Origin: Planctomycetota bacterium
GTDB taxonomy: Bacteria; Planctomycetota; UBA11346
Direction of reading: 5' to 3'
Assembly (NCBI GenBank): GCA_038213805.1
Contig: JBBQSO010000108.1
Coordinates: 1 to 16,035, forward strand
DNA: 16,035 nt
Shown: positions 1 to 7,833 of the stretch, piece by piece
How the letters are laid out: each line of letters starts with the position of its first letter
Position numbering within the stretch: position 1 is the first letter of the stretch
The notes under the pieces: model-generated
What the model saw: only the letters and a program-made list of their open reading frames with translations
The model's database searches: none
Told to the model about the DNA's origin: nothing
Program-made: the position numbers and the translations under genes

Positions 1-96
1 GACCCGGATCCCCCGAAGAGGATGCGTCTCGGGGATCCGCTTCTCCATGCTCACAAAGCTGAAAAGGCTCGTCTGGGGTATGTCGTGTCCGCGCAT
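1..96 (-). CDS. IS5-family transposase, N-terminal part (runs off the window start)
   Basis: Manual translation from ATG at 96: MRGHDIPQTSLFSFVSMEKRIPETHPLRGIRV. This matches the MRG..LFSYV.LE.RIP..HPLR.IR N-terminus of IS5-family (DUF772-type) transposases. Not in the ORF track. Confidence 0.9.
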   Translation of the reverse strand, partial: MRGHDIPQTSLFSFVSMEKRIPETHPLRGIRV

Positions 97-102
97 TGAC
101 AT

Positions 103-130
103 ACAATAACGAGTTGAATGGGTATTTCAA
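103..130 (-). promoter_or_regulatory. Putative sigma70-type transposase promoter
   Basis: TTGAAA (130-125), 16 nt spacer, TATTGT (108-103). The -35 lies inside the terminal repeat. Confidence 0.45.
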
Positions 131-200
131 CAGCCTGCTAGTGCTGCAGGCCCGGCTTCCTGCCCAAAAGCCCTCAGCGCCCGAGTCGACCGCATCCGGT

Positions 201-662
201 TCAGTCCACGGTCAGGGAAGCATCCAGCACCAGGCGGCCCTCCTGGTGCTCCCCCTGCCGGTGGTCGATCATCCGCGTCAAGTGCAGCGCCGGAGGGCGC
301 GGATGGCGGCCGCGGTCGAGGGCCGCGGCCAGCACCGCGGCGACCACCAGCAGGTGCGCGGTATCGACCGGCCACGCGTGTGGACGATTGGCGACCAGGT
401 GGGCAGGGCCGAGTTCGAGCAGCCGGCGCGCCGCGCTCCAGCGCGCGCGCGTCAGGTGGTGGCAGGCGGCAGTGAACTGAATGAGGCCCTTGAAGTAGTG
501 GCGGTCGAGGGCGCGGTGGCGATGCCAGACTTCTTCCCAGGCTTCATGGGCGTGCCAGAAGCGCCCGGCGTCGTAGCACGCCGCGCCCGCGCGCAGGCCG
601 CCCCACCAAGCCGGCAGGCCCGTCAGTGGGGTGGGGCCCGCGGCGGGGATGGGCTCGCTCAC
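201..662 (-). CDS. DUF309 domain-containing protein
   Basis: YDAGRFWHAHEAWEEVW...FKGLIQFTAACHHL is the DUF309 signature. Confidence 0.9.
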   Translation of the reverse strand: MSEPIPAAGPTPLTGLPAWWGGLRAGAACYDAGRFWHAHEAWEEVWHRHRALDRHYFKGLIQFTAACHHLTRARWSAARRLLELGPAHLVANRPHAWPVDTAHLLVVAAVLAAALDRGRHPRPPALHLTRMIDHRQGEHQEGRLVLDASLTVD

Positions 663-674
663 CGCCAGCGCCCG

Positions 675-1409
675 TCAGGGCTTCTTGGGCTCAGCGGGTT
701 TGTCGCCCTTGACGTCGGCGCCTGCCTGGTTGCCGACCTCGACCGGCTGCTTGCTGGTCTTGTCGCTGACGATGTCGATCTTGATCGAGATGGTGAAATC
801 GCCGTTCGGGTACTGCTTCTTGAACTCGGCCACTGCGGCGGGCATGGCTTCTTCGATGTCCTTGAGCTGGCGCAGCATCTCGGCGAGGGAGATCTGCTTC
901 TTGGCCGCGCCTTCTTTGAGCGCGGCGTCGGTGCGCTCGATGGCCTCGCGGACCTTGGCGATCTGCGCGCCCAGACTGGGTGCGGACAGCGCCGGGCGCA
1001 ACTGGCCGGACATGCTCTTGCGCTCGACCTTGTCGCCGGTCTTGCGCGCGATCTCGACCGTCACGGTGTCGCCGACCTTGAGCTTGCCGAGGATGCCGGC
1101 GAGGTCGGCCTGGCTGGTGATCGGCTGGCCATTGAAGGTCTTGATCACATCGCCGGCGAGGACGCCGAACGTCGCGGCGGTGCTGCCGGGGTTGACCGCC
1201 TGCACGGCCAGGCCGGTGGCGTCGAAGATCGAAGCGTTGTCGTCGGGCACGATGCCGAAGACCGGACGCGGGGTGTGGTCCGGGCCCGGCAGCGGCGTGG
1301 TGGTGGCCGGGGCCGGCGGGGTGGCATCCGCCGCCGGCAGCGCCGCCCGCGGGGTGAGAAGTGCGAGCAAGACCAGGGACGTGGACAGGGCGGGAAAGGC
1401 GCGGCACAT
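675..1409 (-). CDS. Secreted PDZ-domain protein with C-terminal helical region
   Basis: Signal-peptide-like N-terminus; PDZ motifs VFGI, VQAVNPGSTAATFGVLAGDVIKTFNGQPI, LKVGDTVTVEIAR; GC3-rich codons; TGATG overlap with the upstream gene. Confidence 0.85.
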   Translation of the reverse strand: MCRAFPALSTSLVLLALLTPRAALPAADATPPAPATTTPLPGPDHTPRPVFGIVPDDNASIFDATGLAVQAVNPGSTAATFGVLAGDVIKTFNGQPITSQADLAGILGKLKVGDTVTVEIARKTGDKVERKSMSGQLRPALSAPSLGAQIAKVREAIERTDAALKEGAAKKQISLAEMLRQLKDIEEAMPAAVAEFKKQYPNGDFTISIKIDIVSDKTSKQPVEVGNQAGADVKGDKPAEPKKP

Positions 1410-2212
1410 CAGATGGGATCCTTCACATGGCGGGGCGTACGGGATTCCTTGGCCGCGGCGCCGATGCGCCAGTCGAAATGCCAGGGCGGCAGCAGCGTGG
1501 CGGTGGCTTGGCCGTCGTCGAAGACCGGCGCGTCGGCCACCGCGGCCGCCGCGGGGCCGGCCGGCGCGAAGGCGGGATGGTAGCGGTAGGTGAAGTGCCA
1601 GCCCTTGGCGGCCAGCTCCTCCTTCTCCGGGCCGGCCAGGCGCAGGCCGCCGAAGGCGCCCTGATCGGCGGCGGCCTGCGCCGCGGCGCCGTGCGCGAGG
1701 GTATCAGCCTGCTTCTGCAGGTCGTTGATCTCGTCCTGGCTGCGCTCCAGGCGGTGCTGCTGCCAGTCCTGGAACTGCTTCTCCATGGCCGGATCGATGG
1801 GCTCGCGCGGGATGTTGCTCGGCCAGGGCCTGATGGTGCCGCTGGCCAGGAACTGCTGGCCGCTGCGCTGGTAGGTGACGTCGATGGGATCACCGGGCTG
1901 GTTGAGGCCGACCTCGTTGCGCAGGTCGGTCATGCTGCCGATGGTCTGACCATTGATGGCCAGGACCACGTCGCCGGGCTGCAGGTGCATGCTCTGCGCA
2001 GCGGTGTCGTTGAAGATGCTCTGCACCAGCACGCCCTGGCCGGGTTGCAGACCCTCCCGCTCCTGGACGGAGGTCGGCACTGGGGTCATTTCGACGCCGA
2101 GCATGGGGGGACCGGCCGGATTCTTGGGCTTCTCGTAGCTGTCTTCCGCGTGGAGGGTGGACAGCGCGGCGAGCAGCGAGCAGGCGAGGGGCAGGGCGTA
2201 ATGCAGGGACAT
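1409..2212 (-). CDS. Secreted PDZ-domain protein
   Basis: ATG at 2212 follows a GAGG RBS and gives signal peptide MSLHYALPLACSLLAALSTLHA; PDZ motifs MLGVEM, GVLVQSIFNDTAAQSMHLQPGDVVLAING. Confidence 0.85.
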   Translation of the reverse strand: MSLHYALPLACSLLAALSTLHAEDSYEKPKNPAGPPMLGVEMTPVPTSVQEREGLQPGQGVLVQSIFNDTAAQSMHLQPGDVVLAINGQTIGSMTDLRNEVGLNQPGDPIDVTYQRSGQQFLASGTIRPWPSNIPREPIDPAMEKQFQDWQQHRLERSQDEINDLQKQADTLAHGAAAQAAADQGAFGGLRLAGPEKEELAAKGWHFTYRYHPAFAPAGPAAAAVADAPVFDDGQATATLLPPWHFDWRIGAAAKESRTPRHVKDPI

Positions 2213-2329
2213 GGCGAGCACCTCAGGGCTGGATGGACAGGATAGGCGCGGGCCGGATCCCGCCAACCCCGGTGTGGGGCAAGGTGGAGGGAAAGGCTCC
2301 AGACGGACGACCATACCCCGGGACGCCGA

Positions 2330-2953
2330 TCAATGCCGATCCTGTCCGGGGAGCGGGGCGGCGGCCGGAACGCTGGGGGGGTGCGCAGCGGGCGGCGCAG
2401 GAGGCGGGGTTACCTGGGCCAAGGGCAGTCTGTCGGGCAGGGCGAGGTACATCGACCGGCGTCCCCAGCGCAGCGCCTCGCCATGGGTTACGAAGCGCAA
2501 GTCGAGATGGATGACCCCCTTTCCGGCGTCCTGACGCATCGCGCCGCCGGTGTCGTCGATCTCGGCGCGGCCATAGCCCGGGACGTCGAGCCACAGCCGG
2601 TAGGGCAGCATGGCCGGAGCCGCGGCGATACCGAAGGGAAGTTTACGCACGTCATGGCCGATGCTGGTGACGCCGGTGGCGAAGGGTCCACAGCACACCG
2701 TGCATGGGCAGTAGCCGGTGGTGAGGACCTTGGCCCAATGCGTACCCGGCGCCGCCGGTACCACCGGGCGCGGCAGGCTCAGCTCGGCGACGGTGATGAT
2801 GCGCAGATTCCTGCCTGTCAGCCAGCCGATGAACAGGCCCAGCCCGAGGCCGGCGACCACCAGGCGCAGGCCGGCGAGGCGCTGACCACGGCCGAACAGG
2901 CCGGCGAACCACCAGCGCAGCAGCCGGACCCAACGAGGGCGTGGGGAACTCAT
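2330..2953 (-). CDS. Membrane-anchored 3D (MltA/YuiC-like) domain protein
   Basis: N-terminal hydrophobic segment; TTGYCPCTVCCG, GIAAAP, VPGYG, DDTGGA, HLDL and ALRWGRR motifs. The real start is probably ATG 2953 rather than 3574. Confidence 0.85.
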   Translation of the reverse strand: MSSPRPRWVRLLRWWFAGLFGRGQRLAGLRLVVAGLGLGLFIGWLTGRNLRIITVAELSLPRPVVPAAPGTHWAKVLTTGYCPCTVCCGPFATGVTSIGHDVRKLPFGIAAAPAMLPYRLWLDVPGYGRAEIDDTGGAMRQDAGKGVIHLDLRFVTHGEALRWGRRSMYLALPDRLPLAQVTPPPAPPAAHPPSVPAAAPLPGQDRH

Positions 2954-3007
2954 CGGAGTGGTGATGCGCGGATGGGGTGGGGCATGTGTGGGATGGCGGG
3001 TGATGGG

Positions 3008-3068
3008 GTGCGGGGTGCGAAGTGCGGGGATTGAGACTTGCGACTCGCAGTTCGCAGTTCGCAGCTCG
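3008..3068. repeat. Opposed heptamer tandem arrays (GTGCGRR)x3 and (TCGCAGY)x3
   Basis: Arrays at 3008-3028 and 3045-3068 are near reverse complements of each other. Confidence 0.75.
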
Positions 3069-3270
3069 GAATTGGAGCAGAGAGGCCTGCGGTGCGGGCG
3101 AGAGTCGCAGCGCGCGGGTTCGAGGGGCGAGGAAGAAACCATGGGCAGGCGACGAGGCGGCCTGGAGCGTGCTTCCTCGTAGACGGGGCGCGGGCGGCCG
3201 CAAGGCGCGGAGAGGGGTACGGGCGCTGCCATGCTGGCGCACCGCCAGGGCGTGATGGAATGGCCGGTGC

Positions 3271-3459
3271 ATGGAAGAGACCCTGCCCACCCGAGTGGCC
3301 GAGGCCCCGGCCGGCATCGCCGAGCGCCACCGCGCCCTGCTGCGACGCTGGATAGTGCTGAGCGAGGATCCCGCTCAGCGCCTGGCCGAGGTCGAGCACC
3401 GCGCCATCGCCAGCGAGTGGACACAGCATTGCCGCCGACACCTGCGGGGCCGGCCGTGA
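3271..3459 (+). CDS. Small hypothetical protein (62 aa)
   Basis: GC3-rich codons; stop overlaps the next start (GTGA at 3456-3459). Confidence 0.55.
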   Translation: MEETLPTRVAEAPAGIAERHRALLRRWIVLSEDPAQRLAEVEHRAIASEWTQHCRRHLRGRP

Positions 3460-3707
3460 CCGCGCCCACCTCCGGCAACGACCGCGATCCTCCACCGCCC
3501 GGCCCAGACGCAGCGGCCGAGCGCCCCGCCGTCCCGCCCGAGCCGCAGCAGACCCGCGTGCGCGAGGCCTTCACCTATGGTGTCGAGGCAACGCCCGCCG
3601 CCGTGATGCTTGAGCGCGAGGAACGGGATCCACTCAGCTTCCAACGGCAACGGCAGGCTGGATTGGATCCCGCCGCGCGGGCGGCGGCGCGGGCGCGTTT
3701 TGGGTGA
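3456..3707 (+). CDS. Small hypothetical protein (83 aa, GTG start)
   Basis: Coupled by GTGA overlap; ordered C-terminal half (VREAFTYGVEATPAAVMLEREERDPLSFQRQRQAGLD); repeat array starts right after the stop. Confidence 0.55.
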   Translation: MTAPTSGNDRDPPPPGPDAAAERPAVPPEPQQTRVREAFTYGVEATPAAVMLEREERDPLSFQRQRQAGLDPAARAAARARFG

Positions 3708-3740
3708 ATGGCTGATGGCTGATGGCTGATGGCTGATGGC
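3708..3740 (+). repeat. Heptamer tandem repeat (GCTGATG)x4
   Basis: Four exact units at 3711-3738. Confidence 0.95.
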
Positions 3741-3806
3741 CTCTGCGTCGTCAGCACATCTCCTTGAATAGCGCGGAACGTACCCAGCGCATGGGTCTCT
3801 GCGGGC

Positions 3807-3875
3807 GCACCTCGCACCTCGCACTCCGCACATCGCACTCCGCCCACCACCCAACTCACCGCTCACCGCTCACCG
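3807..3875. repeat. Heptamer tandem repeats (GCACHYC)x5 and (CTCACCG)x3
   Basis: Arrays at 3807-3841 and 3855-3875, just downstream of the btaA-like stop. Confidence 0.85.
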
Positions 3876-3886
3876 CCCATTCCTTG

Positions 3887-5152
3887 CTAGATGATCTCCT
3901 CGATCACCAGCGCCCGATACACCCCGACGCGGTCCTGGCGATGCAGCCGTTCGGCGAGATCGCGGTGCGGCACCAGCAGCTCGGCCATCTCGTTGGGGCG
4001 GCTGCGCGCGACGTGCAGGTTCCAGTAGGCGAGGCGACCGCCGTGGCGGCCGGCGCGTGCGAGGCGGTAGAGCAAGGTGTGGAATGCGGATTCCGCCATG
4101 CCTTCGAAGATGTCGCTGAGCGCGAAACGGTCGATGGCACGGTCGCCGACCTCGCCCAGCAAGCCCTCGACCGCGCACAGCCGCCATTCCAGGCGGTCGA
4201 GGTTGGCGCAGATCGTCGCGTGCTGGTCGCGGCGCAGGGCGAAGGGCCGGGCGCTGTCGTGGCTGCCGGTCAGCGCCCACTGCAGATACGGGTTGTCGGC
4301 GGGGTCCTGCTCGACCAGTAGGCGGTGCAGGGCGCCGACCGCGGACGATATGGTGGCGGCCTCGGTCATCCTCGGCAGCAGGCCAGGGCGCCCGCCGAGC
4401 AGCGCGGGCAGGCGCAGCGCGGCCGCCACGGTGCGCCACCGCCAGGTGTTCCAGTCGCTGGCGAAGATGCGCGCACGTACCGCCGGGTCGCGCTCGGCGA
4501 ACAGGCGCGCCACCACCTCGCCGCGGCCGAGCAGGGGCAGCAGATGCCGGCGCATGGTGGCGATGCTGCGTTCGACCGTCCCGCAGGCCCCGAGACCGTC
4601 GGCGATCGCCTCGGGCCGCCCGTCCCAATAAACGCGCGTGGTGCGCGCCAGCAGCGGCCGGCAACGCGCATAGAGCGCGTCGCGTCCGGAGCCGCGCTGC
4701 GAGCCCAGGAAGACCAGCAGTTCGTCGTAGGCAAGGGTGCGATAGGCGGCGACGCGCAGCTCGAGGGCGGCGAGCTGCGCCGGCGCCACGTCGATGGCGA
4801 TGACCTTGGCTGGATCGCACGCCAGCATGGCCAAGGCGGTCTCGCCGGCCGAGGCGATGCACACGCAGGTATCGCCGGGGCGGATGGCGAGGCCGTCAAG
4901 GACGCGGTCAGCGTCCTCCCAGCACTGCGCGAAGCGCAGTTCGGCACGATCCGGGATGGCGGCCGGCGCACGCTGGCCGTTCAGTACCGGCAGCACCGGC
5001 GGGGTCGGCAGCGAGAACGGCACGCGTAGACGCTCATGCGCCGCCTTGCGTCGGCGCGCGCTGCTGCCCTCTTCACGATGCGCAGCCGCGCGCTGCGCCG
5101 CTTCCGCCGCCAGCCGCCTACGCCTTTCAGATGAACCGTCGTCCGATCCCAT
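3887..5152 (-). CDS. btaA: DUF3419/BtaA-family SAM:diacylglycerol 3-amino-3-carboxypropyltransferase-like protein
   Basis: LRFAQCWEDAD, CIASAGETAL, IDVAPAQLAALELRVAA, FALSDIFE, GRLAYWN, DRVGVY motifs. ATG 5152 follows AGGT; GTG 5158 is an alternative start. Confidence 0.85.
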   Translation of the reverse strand: MGSDDGSSERRRRLAAEAAQRAAAHREEGSSARRRKAAHERLRVPFSLPTPPVLPVLNGQRAPAAIPDRAELRFAQCWEDADRVLDGLAIRPGDTCVCIASAGETALAMLACDPAKVIAIDVAPAQLAALELRVAAYRTLAYDELLVFLGSQRGSGRDALYARCRPLLARTTRVYWDGRPEAIADGLGACGTVERSIATMRRHLLPLLGRGEVVARLFAERDPAVRARIFASDWNTWRWRTVAAALRLPALLGGRPGLLPRMTEAATISSAVGALHRLLVEQDPADNPYLQWALTGSHDSARPFALRRDQHATICANLDRLEWRLCAVEGLLGEVGDRAIDRFALSDIFEGMAESAFHTLLYRLARAGRHGGRLAYWNLHVARSRPNEMAELLVPHRDLAERLHRQDRVGVYRALVIEEII

Positions 5153-5439
5153 GATCACCTGTTATCCGCACGTGCGGAGGCCAGCATCATGGGACCAGGG
5201 GGGTGGACGTGAAGGGGGGATTTCCGACCACCATGCACAGGGTGACCAGGGCGGCCGGATGCCCGAGACGCGTCACACCGCAGGAAGCCGGTGCGCAGAG
5301 CTCTTGGGCCGCATGCGAGCACGCTGCGAGCTGCACGTCGCGAAGCTTGCATCACAGGTGCGGAATCCTCGTGCGTACGCCACCCATCGCCGTCGGCAGG
5401 TTCGCTCCTACCAACCGCCTCAGCTGGCCCGGGACCCGC

Positions 5440-6420
5440 TCACCCCTGCGCCACGGCCGCGGGCGGCAGGGCGCGCTCGACCTGGTCGGCGAGCATGGCG
5501 ATGAAGGCGGGATGGTCGTGGACGCAGCGCGCGCGGTGGAAGCCGATGCCCAGACGCGCGGCCAGCTCCTTGGCTTCGACGTCGAGGTCGTAGAGCACCT
5601 CGGTGTGGTCGACCAGGAAGCCCGCGGCCTGGACGATGACGTCACGGTGGCCGGCGCGGTGGGCGTCCTCGACGGCCTGCTCGATGGTCGGGGCCGACCA
5701 CGGGATGCGGCTGTCGCCGGGCTGGCTCTGGAAGGCGATGGCGTGCTCAGGATGGCCGAAGGCCGCCGCCGCCAGGCGCGCGCTCTCGGCGAACTGGCTG
5801 CGGTAGGGCGAGGTGCTCTCGACCGGCTGCGGGATGGCGTGCGCGGTGAAGACCAGGGCCGCGGCGCGCACCCGCTCGGGCGTCCAGCCGCGCGTCGCCT
5901 CGCGCAGGGTGTCGGCGATGGCTTCGACATAGCCGGACTTGTTCCACCACGGATCGATCACGCCCACCACGCGCGGACAGCCATCGCCGAGCTGCTCGAT
6001 GGCCTCGGCGGCGTGCTTGATGTACCAGTCCCAGCTCACTGACGACTGGTGCGGCGCCATGATCAGCAGCAGCGTCTCGCGCGCGCCGGCCTGCTGCAGT
6101 TCGCGCAGACCGTCGCTGGTCCATGGCACCCAGTGGCGATAGCCGCAGGCGACGCGCAGCGGGCGGCCGCGCCGCGCCAGCTCGGCGCCGAGCGCCGCAC
6201 CCTGGCGCGCGGTCAGCTCGTTGTAGGGGCTGAAGCCGCCGAAGTGGAGGTAGTGGCCGGTGACCTCGGCGATGCGCTTGGCGCGCGCCGGGTTGTCGCC
6301 GAGGATGCCGGCGACGAAGCATTCAGCCTCGCAGCCGGGCGCCTTGGAGCAGGTGGGACGACGGCCGCAGCAACCGGGCGTGGGCCCGCCGAAGCCGAGA
6401 AGGAGGAGCGAATCGACCAT
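5440..6420 (-). CDS. hemH: Ferrochelatase (HemH/CpfC-like)
   Basis: LLLLGFGGP, HYLHFGGFSPYN, GYRHWVPW, VFTAHAIP, AFQSQ..PW, GFLVDHTEVLYDLD motifs. Confidence 0.93.
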   Translation of the reverse strand: MVDSLLLLGFGGPTPGCCGRRPTCSKAPGCEAECFVAGILGDNPARAKRIAEVTGHYLHFGGFSPYNELTARQGAALGAELARRGRPLRVACGYRHWVPWTSDGLRELQQAGARETLLLIMAPHQSSVSWDWYIKHAAEAIEQLGDGCPRVVGVIDPWWNKSGYVEAIADTLREATRGWTPERVRAAALVFTAHAIPQPVESTSPYRSQFAESARLAAAAFGHPEHAIAFQSQPGDSRIPWSAPTIEQAVEDAHRAGHRDVIVQAAGFLVDHTEVLYDLDVEAKELAARLGIGFHRARCVHDHPAFIAMLADQVERALPPAAVAQG

Positions 6421-6505
6421 GAGCTGATCGGATGGAGGAGGGGCTGGGCTTCAACTGGGAAGATCGTGGAGGTTGGGCTTGGGAAGGGCGGCTGGCGCCG
6501 GCCCG

Positions 6506-6648
6506 GCTGATGGCTGATGGCTGATGGCCGACGGCTGACGGCTCGTGGGCAAGGTCGTCAGGGTAACAGGAGGGGTTACCGCCCTCGGGAAACAGTGAAA
6601 CCGAGTGGAGAACCGGTTTCACCCGCCGTCAGCCGCCAGCCGTCAGCC
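6506..6648. repeat. Inverted heptamer arrays enclosing two hairpins
   Basis: (GCYGAYG)x5 at 6506-6540 and (GCCGYCA)x3 at 6625-6648; inner stems GGTAAC/GTTACC (6562-6580) and GTGAAACCG/CGGTTTCAC (6595-6622). Confidence 0.8.
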
Positions 6649-6708
6649 CGCGCCGCAGGTGCCCCCCGCCGGTCTTGTGTGCAGAACGGCATGGCGAAGC
6701 TGCGCAGC

Positions 6709-7833
6709 ATGCGCGCCACCGAGATGAGCCCTGCCGACGCGCTGCTGCGGCTCGCCCTGGTGCCGGGGCTGGGGCCGACGACGGCGCAGCGGCTGCTCGA
6801 CCAGGCTAGCGATCCAGGCGAGATCTTCCGCTGGAGCATGGATCGCCTGCAGGCCGTCGACGGCATCGGCGGCGAACGTGCGCGGCGCATCTGCGATCCG
6901 CGCGGCGCCGAGGCGGTTGCCACCGAGCGCGCGCAGTGCCACACCGCCGGCGTGCGCATCGTCACGCGTGGCGAGGACGGCTACCCGCAGGCGCTGACGC
7001 GCCTCGCCGACCCGCCCCTGGCGCTGTGGATGACCGGCGCGCTCGAGCCCCAGGACCGCCTCGCCATCGCCGTGGTCGGGCCGCGCCGGCCCAGTTCCTA
7101 CGCCCATCGCCAGGCGCATCGCCTGGCGATCGGCCTGGCGCGGCTCGGCATCTGCATCGTCTCGGGACTGGCGCGCGGCATCGACACCATCGCCCACCAG
7201 GCCGCGCTCGAGGCGGGCGGCCGCACGGTGGCGGTGCTGGGCAGCGGCCACGGCAAGCTCTACCCGGACGAGAACGCCCCCCTCGCCGCGCGCATGGCCG
7301 ACGGCCGCGGTGCGGTGATCAGCGAATTCCCGTTCTTCACCCCGCCCAGCCCCGGCACCTTCCCGCGCCGCAACCGCCTGGTCGCCGCACTCGGGCTGGC
7401 GACGCTGGTCATCGAGGCCGGCCAGCGCTCCGGCGCGTTGATCACCGCACGCCTGGCCATGGAACTCGGCCGCGAGGTGCTGGTTTTGCCCGGCAACATC
7501 GACAATCCCGAGTGCGTCGGCTCGAACCAGCTCATCCGCGACGGCGCCACGCTGGTCACCAGCGTCGAACAGATCCTCGACGAGGTCGAACCGCTGATGA
7601 CCCTGGCGCGCGGCAGCCTGGGCGGTGAGCCGGTGCCGGACAGCCCGCGCGCCGCCGCGCTCTCCGGCCGCGAGAAGCAGGTCTACCTGATGCTGGACGA
7701 CACCCCACGCAGCATCGACGACCTGGTGCGCGTCGGCGAGATCCCACCCTCCGCGATCTCCGCCACGCTGCTGTCGCTCGAGCTGCGCCGCCTGGCGCGC
7801 AAGGCGCCCGGCGGATATGTGCGCGCGACCTGA
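6709..7833 (+). CDS. dprA: DNA-processing protein DprA (Smf)
   Basis: VPGLGP, YPQAL..LADPP, IAVVGPR, IVSGLARGIDTIAH, FPRRNRLV, SGALITARLAMELGREV, GSNQLIRDGA, C-terminal winged helix. Start could be 6691, 6709 or 6724. Confidence 0.96.
   Translation: MRATEMSPADALLRLALVPGLGPTTAQRLLDQASDPGEIFRWSMDRLQAVDGIGGERARRICDPRGAEAVATERAQCHTAGVRIVTRGEDGYPQALTRLADPPLALWMTGALEPQDRLAIAVVGPRRPSSYAHRQAHRLAIGLARLGICIVSGLARGIDTIAHQAALEAGGRTVAVLGSGHGKLYPDENAPLAARMADGRGAVISEFPFFTPPSPGTFPRRNRLVAALGLATLVIEAGQRSGALITARLAMELGREVLVLPGNIDNPECVGSNQLIRDGATLVTSVEQILDEVEPLMTLARGSLGGEPVPDSPRAAALSGREKQVYLMLDDTPRSIDDLVRVGEIPPSAISATLLSLELRRLARKAPGGYVRAT

Larger units (their letters stand above)
1..137 (-). mobile_element. Left end of IS5-family insertion sequence; probable CTAG target site at 138-141
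   Basis: Minus strand reads CTAG|CAGGCTGTTGAAATAC about 40 nt upstream of the transposase ATG, resembling terminal repeats and CTAG targets of this IS group. The exact boundary needs the other end. Confidence 0.75.

Noticed and set aside
96..1583. 495-aa plus-strand ORF and similar long overlapping ORFs
   Set aside because: Antisense or off-frame shadows of GC3-rich genes with recognisable domains; this one also crosses the IS boundary.
2954..3574. Long N-terminal extension of the 3D protein
   Set aside because: Runs through repeat arrays and antisense to two small ORFs; low-complexity translation.
3708..3875. Repeats as a CRISPR array
   Set aside because: Contiguous 7-nt units with no spacers and no cas genes.
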